A stretch of 64,000 bases of DNA from Mytilus edulis (Eukaryota). Positions 48,103 to 60,138 of this stretch are shown one piece after another. Every line of letters starts with the position of its first letter. Position 1 is the first letter of the stretch. Position numbers and translations under genes: made by a program. Location: positions 89,590,001 to 89,654,000 of the forward strand of contig NC_092347.1 of assembly GCF_963676685.1 (NCBI RefSeq), read 5' to 3'. The notes below the pieces were generated by a model. That model was not told the origin of the DNA. It made no database searches and saw nothing but the letters and a program-made list of their open reading frames with translations.

Positions 48103-51100
48103 TTATAGTTGTAAAACACCCAGTACAACTTATTGGGAAGTTGTATATATAATTTCAGGATAATTTATTAATGTTCCATAAACAAATATTTTCCTACCAC
48201 AACTTCTTCTGATTTTATATTCATACAATCATCTTCCTGTTGACCTGTAGATATTTTGTTTTTGGGGATAGGGTTTGTGTTGTTGGGTTACTGATTCATT
48301 GCCATGACACTACATCTCCTTTATTGATATTTTATTGCCTAAATAAGCAGTTGACTAGTGCGATGTATTTGTTTATGTATGTTATTGTTCCCCAAATTTC
48401 AAATAATAAAAGGTTCTTTTTATTTGCATAATTTAAAAACATTTATAGGTATTTACTTTTAGCGCATTACATAAATGATTGAATGGTACAAATTAAAATA
48501 CAATATGCATTTGTTTTTATAAACCCTATTGAATTTAATACATCAATTGTTGAATAAAATTATTTATTGAAATATGTTGAATGCTTAGTTATTACGCCTT
48601 ATAAAAGTATAGCAACAAAGAATTGGATAAAGACAGCCATATGACAAGAAGCTATAGTGATGGCAATAAATTTTACTTTGCAGTGGTAAGGACTTCAAGC
48701 TTTTATCAGACATATAGATTAAGTAAAATGCACCAATATATTATACGAACAGCATTTCTATTTTTCATCTGATAAGGTACTTGAAGGTAAAAAATTCCAA
48801 CAAGATCAGAATCACCTAGTTGTACTTTAGCATCATGCTTTCATAGTCATATATTACCACTTCACATGGTTTTGAGAGAATATGTCAGAATAGTCGTGTC
48901 TTTAAATGATTATTTATGAATGAACATGTGTCCACCAGAGAACATATGACACAAAACATGAACTACTATAAGTAACTGTATGACCTTCAACAATAAGTAA
49001 AACCCATACCATATAGTCAGCTATATAAGGCCCCAAGTAAAACAATTCAAAAGAGAATACTAAACGCCTGATTCACGTACAAAATAATGAATGAATTTTT
49101 TTTTTTGATATACAGCAACAAATAACAACCACTAAATCATAGGCTCCTGATTTGGGACAGGCACATACAAGATGTGGTAGGGGTTATACTAGTTTGAAGG
49201 TGTACCAAAAAGTAAAAGCACAAAATACTGATCTCTAAGGAAAATTCAAACCGAAAGTCCCTTATCAAATGATAAAACACATCAAACGAATGGAAAACAA
49301 CTGTCATATTTCGGACTTGATACAGGCATTTTCAAATGTACAACATTAGAAAAACTATCAACATCTGTTGAAAAAGGCTGAACTCATCAGATTGATACAA
49401 ATCAGAAATACATCTACCAAAACTATCAGAGTGGATGTGGCAGGGTACTTATACATCCCCACAATAAAAAGACACTGAATCCAGAATTGAGAATACTCAC
49501 AAGTTAGTTCAATTCCCAATAACAACTATTAAAAACATCATGCACCTTAGACTAAAATACAATTCAGAACACATCCAACTTCCAGGTTATAGTGTTAAGA
49601 TGTCAATAACAGCCAGATAAAACGTGACCTTGTGCAATGCATAGATACAGGTATCGACATATTGTAGAGCCATGAATGTGCATATGTATATAACAAAGAA
49701 TGTGTAATGTTTAAATCATAATGTATGTACTGGCATTGTCCCTCGTGCGATCCATGTAGTCATATTCACTTGTATCCTTTTACTAGCATTTAACTAGCAG
49801 AGGTTGTATAACATTCGGAGTATATTTCCCTATTATCATATGCTAAGTTACGTTTTATTCACTTGATTAAAATATTAGAGGGAATAATCCATTGCAGTGA
49901 GAGCGTTGTTTCATTCCAGATATCATTAATGTAAATAACTGCACTGCATGTCCATTAACTGCCATTTGAATCCACTAATATGTGTATATACTTAGAATAG
50001 GCACAAACTGTCAACTTCATGTTCATTGGTTTGACTTAAATTGTCATGTTTGATTTAACATACTTAAACGTATATACATTACAAAAAGTCAACAATTAAC
50101 AATGCATGGACTCGATACTATGTATCAATATTTCGTATGTATTTTTGTTTCAACGTCATCTAAATAATCATCGAGATGAGATTGACCTCCGAAGAATGCA
50201 AAGGATCAAATAACCTTATATAAACATAAGTATAAACATGTTCTAATAGTGAAGACATGCAATTTATCTGTTCAAGTTCTGTTCGATTTCATATTGTACT
50301 AGGTTGAAAACATTTTTGTCATCGTGTTTTCCTGTGTAAGAATGATTTTTATTTGTGGATCGAATCAGTCACCAAAATGAATTCTTTGTTTCACTTTCTA
50401 TGTTGATATTTTTATTCTTTTAATAGCTGAATACATGCGTAACCCATCTCCAGCAAATTGGTAAAATAAAAAGGTTTCAAAGAGGTCGAATTGTTCTCTT
50501 GCAAGTGAATGATTCATCAGTGATGTTACTCATATTATGTTTACAAAATTAAACTAAATGGCTGCTAAAAGTAAATAAGTATTTCACTATATCACTTTCA
50601 TTAATGATTGAACAAGAAAAACACATTTTTTTGTATATCTCGAAGCTAGTGCCAATTTAAAACTACTTAATTATCAAACAAAGCAACAAGGTTTTAAATA
50701 AGTTTTTATTTCAGTGCTGAAAAGGCACCAAAAAACTTGTTTGGTATCGTTTGATTTTTCTGTCTCATTGACATACACATTAGTTCCCCTTTATTGATAT
50801 TGTCATAGTAAATTCTGTGTTAATATCGTGAATTGAATTCATGTAATCTATAAACAAACTGACATGTCAAAAATAATAAAAAATGACATGGATTTTAACA
50901 GTTTCTACATGGATGTCTGACAAGAATTTACTAATTCATTTCTAATAACTTGTTTCAACTCTCTTTGATAATTGACATATGTGTAGTAACGTACACCAAA
51001 TAAACACGCACGGACAGTTAGTACACAGACAAATGTTCATCAATGTTAGAATTGCTCATTTTATTGACAATTGAACATGAAGGATAGGATAAATGACTAC

Positions 51101-51789
51101 ATGTTACTGACTTTAATAAACTTGATGATCATAATCAAAAATGATTTTGTAAGGGCTCTTTTTGTTAACTGTTTAACTCCTACGGTACAATTCACCCAGT
51201 AATGATACATGTGATTGTATTTTTCCCCAGTTTATTAGTTTGATTGTACTACAGCTTAGTTCTCAAGTAAAACGTGATCTTGGATGATTTCGACTATTCT
51301 GTTTAGTCTTTTTTTTAATTCGCCTCGTCAAAGGGGATGAGTAAGCTATTCATCACTTGGCGTCTGTTAACAATAATCGCGCATAATAATTATCAATATG
51401 ACTGACATTGTTTAAAATCTGTATCTCATTCTGTACAACTACGTCTGGCGTATATACAAAATTTAGTCCTGGTATCTATGATGAGTTTATTTATTATTAT
51501 CAAAACTACCAATTCTGGCTTTAACTCGACGAGAGAGATAGTGCCTATTGACGGCATTGGAGAGGTGCTTTGAAGATCTCAAGCGCACAATATATTTTCT
51601 TCCAGTTGGTCCCAATGAAACACAGTCTAAACAAGCCTGAATGAGTTCTTCAACTGCTTAGTTTGACAGTTCGTTGTATCAGTTGACTTTGAGTTGTTTA
51701 CTTCATTAGTGGTGTCAAGTTCTACAAAGCGTTTCGGCTTGATTATCTTTTTGGTTTTGCTTTTGAAAAAAAAATCGTCAGGTTTTATA

Positions 51790-52285
51790 ATTGTGCTCCT
51801 CTTCTTGTCGACTTGTTTCTTTATTATTATGAGGCTGACTTCATACAGGAACTTCTTAGGAAGAAAGATAAGAAGTTAGCAATATCCTTTCACTTTACTC
51901 TCCGCTATATAGATGATGTTCTCTCACTAATTTATTCAAAATTCGGTGACTATGTTGAACGAATCTTTCCCATCGAACTAGAGACAAAGGATACTACAGA
52001 TACAGTTAAGTCTGCATCATATCTTTATCTTACATCTAGAAATTGACAATAAGGGTCGGTCGAAAACAAAACTTTACGACAAAAGAGATGATTTCAACTT
52101 CCAAATAGTAAACTTTTCATTTATGTAGCAACATTCCAGTAGCGCCTGCATATTGAGTATATATCTTCCATTTGATACGATAATCCCGTGCGTGTATTTT
52201 CTATCATGCTTTCCTTGAATGCGGATTGCTGCTTACAAGCAAACTATAACCAAGAGTTCCAAACGATGAAGTGCAAATCATCCTA
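51790..52285 (+). mobile_element. decayed Penelope-like retroelement reverse transcriptase fragment
   Basis: CAPLLVDLFLYYYEADF ... RYIDDVLSL ... DTTDTVKSASYL ... KLYDKRDDFNF; frameshifted. Confidence 0.85.
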
Positions 52286-52424
52286 GTTTTTGGTTGTGTT
52301 CGTGTTGCTTAGTCTTTAGTTTTCTATGTTGTGTCTTGTATATTTTAGCCATGGCGTTGTCAATTTATTTTCTAACTATGAGTTTGACTGTCCCTTTGGT
52401 ATTTTTCGCCCCTCTTTTATAGGT

Positions 52425-53925
52425 GGGACCTGAACCACTTTTACAGCAATATCAGTCTTTGGTTTATTCTTCTGAATAATTGAGATGTAAGCGTTTTACC
52501 AGTTACTCGACAGTGATCCAGTATTTATGGACTTTTGGTATATTATTGCAAGTCCTTCTGCTAGTTGTTTGGAGCGCTCATTGAAGATTCTGTTTGGTAT
52601 ACCGTCTGGTCCAGATGCTTTTGATGGATTTAGTTGGCTTATCAGTATTTCAAGACCTTCATGTTTATTTCAAGGGATGGAATTGAGTTCTTAATGTATT
52701 TTGATGTTTACGGCAGTGTTATGAGTTGTCTCTTGTGAATACTGATTTTAATTATTGTATCAGTAGTTCTGCCTCCCCTTTACTGTCATTCACTAAATGA
52801 CCATTGCTTTTCAACGGGGATACTTCTATGTTTTCTTGTATTCTCGATTTGAAAACTTTTTGAAAGTAGCTGGATTAATATTTACCAGTCCGTTAATTAT
52901 GGTGGTGTCGATACATTCCTATTCAGCTTTTATGATTTGTCTTTTGAATTCTATTTGAAATGTTTGTAGTTTGACCAGTTCTTTGTTCTCTTTGCTTGTT
53001 TGTATAGCCTGTCTTTCGTTTCGAACATTTTCCTAATTTTGTGATTTTTCCAGGGTAAGCTTTTTTTCTTTTAGAGCGAATGAGTTTTGATGGTATGTTT
53101 TAATCCAAATTTGTGTAGAGTTCAGTTTTGAATGTTTCTAATTATCCTTGTACTGTAACATCACGTATTTTGGTTGATAGTATATTCAGTTCTTTATGAA
53201 GATTTTCCCATTTTCCTTTCTGAGTATATATGTAGCATTTACTTGACGTACTACAACTGTCCTCCAAAAAGACGCTTATTTAACGAGTTTAATGTTCCGG
53301 AATAACACACGGGTGCAAATTGTTTTAAATGATAGAATAATATCTATATTTTGATATCCGTCTGGTCGTAAAAAGTTTCTTCAGTCACACTTTTGTATTT
53401 TAGCCGATTAATTGACTGTTTACTGGGGTTTAGTTTTACAGTATGTTATTGTTTATGTCGTGGTAAGATATTCCCGGAGCGTTTGTTGATATTTTGATAA
53501 GTGATGGGTTGGTGGTTACACTATGTCCAAGAGGTTTTCACCTGCAGTTGGTGTTTCGTGTATCTGAGTAATTGAGTGTGATATTAGGACTTCCATTTGT
53601 GTTTTTTGTATTTCCCTGTCTTGTGCGTTATGGTTTATTGACAAGGTGTTTCAATCAATATCTGGACAGTATAAGTCTATAGTAACTATGAAATTATTGT
53701 TTTTATCGGATATCTGTTCTAGTGATTAATCAAGTTCTTTGATAGCACCCATATATAGGTGTGGAATGTAGAATAAGATTAAAGAATAAATTCCTTTTGG
53801 TCTTTCAGTTGTACTTTAACCCACACAATCTCGCATTTTGTTACGTGTTCATGTTTTTTCACTGCTATGGTGTCATTCATCTTCGCTAGCCAAGGTTTAC
53901 AATCAATTCACCTTTTCTCCACCAT
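52425..53925 (-). mobile_element. decayed LINE ORF2 (endonuclease and tether region)
   Basis: Minus-strand remnants TPTAGENLLDIV and LNPSKASGPDGIPNRIF; many disruptions. Confidence 0.75.
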
Positions 53926-54451
53926 TGTCAGAATTTTAGTGGGATTCGTGTTGCTTAGTCTTTAGTTTTCTATGTTGTGTCTTGTGTACTATTACTTGTC
54001 GGTTTGTCTTTTTCTCTTTTAGCCATGGCGTTATCAGCTTATTTTCTATCTATGAGTTTGACTGTCCCTCTGGTATCTTTCGTCCCTCTTTTAAGCCAAC
54101 ATTTGTGAAACAATGTTGGGCCATCTGTAGTTTGATCGAAGTGACGCCTATTCCGATTATTATTCTTGACAAATGGTAGCCCTTGGACATTTAGTCCAGC
54201 AGATAGGTGCAACATTATGAAGGAATTGTGCACTTCGTGTTAAAAGCATCAAATTTTGCTCAAACGTACTTCTATCTATACTCTTAAATTTCGATATGGA
54301 GGCAAGATGAAAAAATAGTTTACTGCTGGTAAAATCATATATGGTGGATGCATGTTCTGAACTACAAATATTTTCATCTACTTTCAGAACTGTTATTTTA
54401 AATTACAAAGTTGAACAATTTCTTTGAACATAATCACATTACTGAATTAGA

Positions 54452-54675
54452 CTATTTACCGGATTTGTAATCACATAAGCAACACGACGGGTGCCACATG
54501 TCGAGCAGGATCTGCTTACCCTTCCGGAGCACCTGAGATCACCCCTAGGTTTTAGTTGTGTCATGTGTACTATTGTTTTTCTGTTTGTCTTTTTCATTTT
54601 TAGCCATGGCGTTGTCAGTTTGTTTTAGATTTATGAGTTTGACTGTCCCTTTGGTATCTTTCGTCCCTCTTTTAC
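54452..54675 (+). repeat. high-copy short repeat (TTTAGCCATGGCGTTGTCAG...GGTATCTTTCGTCCCTCTTTT family)
   Basis: Copies at 52285-52418 and 53935-54092 (+), 59485-59570 and 63066-63110 (-); related sequence at 25340-25555 (-). Confidence 0.75.
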
Positions 54676-55976
54676 AAGAGTGTTCGTGTTATTTCTTAAT
54701 ATTGAACCAGTATTTGGTGAAGTTTGTTTTCCTGAATATCTAGGAAATAAGCAAAGTGTCTATTCTTAAAAATCTGTTCTGGTGGCTGATATTCTGTTGT
54801 CCCCGTTTTATATTTTGATTTTATCTGAATTTTGTTTTTTGTGATTTTGGTGAATGGCTGATTACGCTGTCATTGATTTCTTTGACATTAAAGTAAAGTT
54901 AGATGATTTGGTCTGCTAGTACATGCCCTGGTCTAAATATTTTTCTGGTGATTTGTGTTCTCGATGACATTCCCAGTGGCAGATGGAATATACTGGTGTT
55001 TTAGGATGGTTATCTTACAATTGTCATATTGCTTTGTCATTTGAATTGTTTTATTGTGATATTCAACATGGTGGTTTATTGTTTCATCACTGTGTGTGTT
55101 GGTTGATAAATTTTTCTTGTTGTATGCTGTTAAATCACAGCTACCTCCGAATAGCACTTAGTTCTGAGGTTTTTGTTGAAAAGATTTTAGCCAATTATAT
55201 ATATTATTGATGTTATATGTGTTATTCTCGTGGGATTTTGTCTGATGCTTGGTCCGTTTCTGTGTGTGTTACATTTTAGTGTTGTGTCGTTGTTCTCCTC
55301 TTATATTTAATGCGTTTCCCTCGGTTTTAGTTTGTTACCCCGATTTAGCTTTTTGTCCATGGATTTATGAGTTTTGAACAGCGGTATACTACTGTTGCCA
55401 TTATTTATATCGATCTGTAATTTTTGCTCCGCTTCTACACCATATCATTTTGTTTTCAACGATTTGAGATCTTGTTGGTATGTTTTTGTAGCCAATTTCC
55501 TTTACCGTTTGCAATTACTACCGTCATACTTCGGAAACATTCTTACAATTACCCCTAAGTTTGCAAGCATTCTACATAATACCCAGAGAGTATCGATTAT
55601 ACAGTTAAGCCTTGCGTTGGTTTCTACTCTTCAAATCAAAATTTAGAATTTGAAGTTCCACAAACATGTATTGTGTTACATAAAATTCAAATAAGGAGTA
55701 TTTCCTAATTAAGAATTCAAGAGTATCCTGACGGACTCATTAATTAGATATTGGAAAATGTGGTGTGAGTGCCAATGAGACAAATTGATCTCTCCATCCA
55801 AATAACAATTTATAAAAATAAACCATTATAGGTCAATGTACGGCCTTCAACACGGAGCCTTGGCTCACACCGAACAAAAAGCTATAAAGGGCCCCAAATA
55901 GATTGCATAGATTCAATACACAGAGTTTACTGAATTCTTTTATAAAATAATTACAATTAAATACAAAATTCTTGTT

Positions 55977-56235
55977 TAGTGAAATCAAAAACGAAAAACA
56001 GAAATACTTTTGATTTCATTTTGGTATTAGAGAAATCAAAAACAAAAAATGAAAACACTTTCGTTGTTCGTTTTGGTTTTAGAGAAATCAAAAACGGAAA
56101 ACGAAAACACTGTTGTTTTTCTTTTCATTTTGGTTTTAGAGAAATCAAAAACGAAAAATGAAAACACTCTTGTTTTTTATTTATTGTTTTTGATATTTCG
56201 AAATGAAAAAGAATGGACGCTAATATACACGGACC
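55977..56235 (+). repeat. ~52-60-bp tandem repeat (AGAGAAATCAAAAACGAAAA...TTTTGGTTTT), about 4 units
   Basis: GAAATCAAAAAC at about 55981, 56032, 56084 and 56141; each unit is internally quasi-palindromic. Confidence 0.75.
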
Positions 56236-56435
56236 TCGATGTATCCACTATTTTGGTTTTAATTTGTAGCATTGTTTTTTTTCCCCTCTCACATGGATGA
56301 CAGATCGATATCCACAAGAAAACAAACAGATAAATCAGTAAAATTTTAACGCACTCAAAATGACCGATTTATTATCACTTTATTCATTAAAAGTGTTATA
56401 ATTATGCAAAAAACAAAAAAACAAAAAATAAACAA

Positions 56436-57525
56436 AACTAGAATTGCCATTGCAAGCAATAGCGGATGTCACCCTTCCCCTATTGCCACTAACCGGCAGC
56501 CATTTCAAAATGGTTTAACAGTGAATGCACATATATTAATGGCAATACATCTTTCTGTAAATTTTCAGTACTTTCAGAGCATTTTAAAAAAATTCACATT
56601 TCTGCTGTTTCCATGGCAACGGCAGCCATTTTGAAAATTTCAAAGTCAAAAGTCTCATCTGTACTTGGCAGTTAACAATAATATCAAGTTTCATTAAGTT
56701 CAAAGCATTTTGAGAAATTTTGACTTTTTTGCAGTTTCCATGGCAACGGTGGCCATTTTGGAAATTCCAAAGTCAAAAGTCTCTTCCTGACTCGCCAATC
56801 AACTATCATATTAAGTTTCATCAATTTTGGAGCATTTTGAAATTTTTGAGATATTTGATCCTGTATCCATGGTAACAGATTAGTTCCAATGATTGTCAAA
56901 ATCAATCAAAACCTGTATATAGTGGATAACTATATTGTGTAAAAATTTGATGATTTTAAGTTCAAGCATACCAAAGTTATTCACCAAACCCGGAAGTTTT
57001 TGGAGCATTTTGACCTTTTTGCATTGTTTCCATGGAAACCGCAGACATTTTGGAAATTCTAACGCCAAATTCCACATCTACAAAAGTTGCTCATCGTTAT
57101 GGTAAAGTTTCAAAAAATTTGGAGCATTTTCATATTTTTGAAATTTTTGGTGTAGTTTCCATGGCAACATAGTAGTTCCAATGATTGCCAAAAATCATCC
57201 AAAACAAGTATATAGCGGGCACCTACATTGTATCAAAATATAATGATTCTGAGTTTAAGCATGTCCAAATAATTCACCAAAACAAAAAAGTGGAATTTTT
57301 TACAATTTTTCGGTTTCCATGGAAACAGCAGCCATTTTTTATGGTCTTAGACCCTACTGCAACCCGCAATTTTGTGTTCCCTATTAAACTTAACTATCAT
57401 TAAGATTGGTTCCATTGGCTCCGAGAAAAGTGGCGGACAAAATAGTTGGAAGAATAATAATAATAACAAAGAAACAGAGGAAAAGCAATATGTCACCCGA
57501 CATTGTCGATCGGGTGACATAATAA
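56436..57525 (-). mobile_element. HINE-like element (reverse orientation) with internal tandem repeats
   Basis: 5' hairpin TATGTCACCCGA...TCGGGTGACATA (57489-57521); (ATT)n microsatellite; 3' subTIR GGGTGACAT; hairpin ATTGCTTGCAAT; CTAGTT end; internal 127-163-bp units. Confidence 0.82.
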
Positions 57526-58279
57526 CTATTAAACAAGGTTTGATTGATTATGTGTATTGGTTAAAGTGTTCACTAAACAGGAAACTGTAACAATTAGTAC
57601 CACCCACGTAAAAATAAGTCTAAATGAGAATCAAAATTCTTTTAATTTATCTTATTGAAAAGATAGAATATATTGTGTTAATCCCATATATTAATTGGTG
57701 TCGCAAAATGCATACACGGACTGGGAGCAATAAGTAATCAATATATTTCAAAAACCTTTCTCGAACCTTCGATTCAATAATAAATTGTTGATAGACTTGT
57801 TTATATACTCTTGAAGCCTAGCTAGTAACACATTTTCGGGCTATGGGGCTTCCTGGTGAATACCTACCTAAATAAGGATTTGGAACGTTACATTTCTTGT
57901 TTTGTCGAGTATCATTGCGCCTTGTGTTTGTTGAATGCTGTAAGTAATGACGTTTAGTTTATATTAGCCGAAGATAACGCAAAACAAACCTCGAACAACT
58001 TGAAAGATTAGACGGCCTGTAATACTAATTTGCTTTGCTGGTATTACTCTGCACACATCCGATTTCACATCAATTCCAGTGGGGTTTGCAATTGTAAAAC
58101 TCAGATGCATAGATTAAAAGAGAACCAAGGCAAAGTATTTCACAAGTAATTTTATTTTTCTGAATAGAACGATAAATAAACTTATCATAGATACCAAGAT
58201 TGAAATTTTGCATTTGCGCCAAATACGCATATTATTCTATTAGTTTTTCGTGTTTTTGTATGGTTAATATATAATAATC

Positions 58280-58435
58280 AAAGGTACCAGGCTTATAATT
58301 TGATACGTCAGACGCGCGTTTCGTCTACACAAGACTCATAAGTGACGCTCAAATCAAAATAGTTAGAAAGCCAAACAAGTATAAAGTTAAAGAGCATTGA
58401 GGACCCAAAATTCAAAAAAGTTGTGCAAAATACGG
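58280..58435 (-). mobile_element. hammerhead-ribozyme-bearing repeat, one core mutation
   Basis: Minus strand GAGCGTCA-CTTATGA-GTCTTGTGTAGAC-GAAA-CGCGCGTC-TGACGT: all stems and the GUC site intact, G5 mutated to U. Confidence 0.8.
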
Positions 58436-60044
58436 AGAATATTGGTTATAAATATGACGAACATCGAGTCATCGTGAATACCTTATATATAACAGAAACA
58501 ATGATGTGTTTGCCAGAGAAATCACTTTTTCCCTCTTATGTTGAGTCTGATTTTTATGTCTTGCTCCTTACTCTACTAGTGCACCATATCACCTAGTTTT
58601 AATGACTTAAGCCTGTTCAAAGTTCTGTTTTCGTTGGTTTTCGAACACTTTTTTTGTCCGTTAAGGTGTAAATGTTTCCGCTATTGATTATTATCATTGA
58701 GTCGCCTACTTCTCCACATAAACAGAATGCACGTTAGAGGAGAGGGAAGTTAACTCCTGTGCGAAATACCTTCAAATGATTATTTCTGAAATTTTGTTAT
58801 ATTGAAAGCTACCTATAATCTACTACAAAGGTTGACATATAGGAGATATATGATGGTCAAAAGCGAGGTAACTCGAATGTCTGGAGTTTCAGTTGTGATT
58901 TTAGAGTAAATTTTCTTCAACGAATCGACAGTTTGCGAAGAACTATTACCCATTTCATGATGTGTACCCATCAAAAAACAAAAACATAATATGCGTATTC
59001 CTTAGAATATTTTTTTGATCGGAAATTGTTATTTATACTGATTTTTTAATGATATATTTTTCTGACCACCTGATGCCACTGGTATTTTTTCCATGGTTTC
59101 AGTCAATGGACAAAACTGAGTCCCCACTGAAAAAATGGCCTACTATTTCAACTTAAATCGATATTTTTCAAAATAATATTACCAAGTAACTATATGACCT
59201 ATTCATATTTAATAAATACCGCAAGATTTAGAAATGTTTGAAAATTCATTGTGTATTTGGTCAGGAATTTATTCAGGCTCATCTGAATTTTCTGACGAGG
59301 TGAACACAAAGAAAAATGCTCTCGAAAAATTTGTCATGGATTCTTACCAAATTAAAAAAAAAATACATTTTTCCTTAACACATCAGAAAATAAAACATTA
59401 CTCAGGAAAAGTATGATCAATTAAACAATAAAACTTCCGACATTTCTACATCCTATTGTATATATTTGATCAAAATCGCTCTTTAAAAGATGGACGAAAG
59501 ATACCAAAGGGACAGTCAAACTCATAAATCTAAAACAAACTGACAACGCCATGGCTAAAAATGAAAAAGATCTTTTTTTTAAGTTAGTTGATAATTTTTT
59601 TTGAAAAATCTCAGTTTTAGTTGAAATGAAAGGCCATTGAACTAACTTTTTTTCCCTCTAAAAAAACAACAAAATCTAAGAAAATTTTATTCGTATACCA
59701 GTATGGAGAAACTTCTAAGAGAAATTGTACAAACATTGGTCTACATTCGATTCGTTGTTTATAATACTAAGAGGAGAAAATCTTAAAAACAAACGAATAA
59801 CTAATTTGAATATTTTCTGTATCGTACCAAATGACTTATTGTCACTGGTTAAAAATGATGAATAAAATGACAAATCACGTATATTTGATATTTAAAATCT
59901 TGTAGAATTAGAAAATATTTGTTATACGAATCTAATAACCTCAAACTATCGCTGGAGGGCGTTAGGAAACGTCGATGAACAAATTAGTGTGTATAATGGA
60001 AATTGTTATATTTTGTATTATTTTTATTCAGTTTTCTTGTGCAG

Positions 60045-60138
60045 TTTATGTCCAGACACAATATGGATGGGTACGGGGAGTACGATCCAGTGATGCGATC
60101 TCTTTTTACGGAATTCCATATGCACAGCAACCTAGACG
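60045..60138 (+). CDS. candidate isolated exon (FMSRHNMDGYGEYDPVMRSLFTEFHMHSNLD) of an unidentified gene
   Basis: Pyrimidine tract plus CAG acceptor; strong G|GTAAGA donor; GC-richer open frame; no recognised homology and no partner exons found. Confidence 0.4.
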
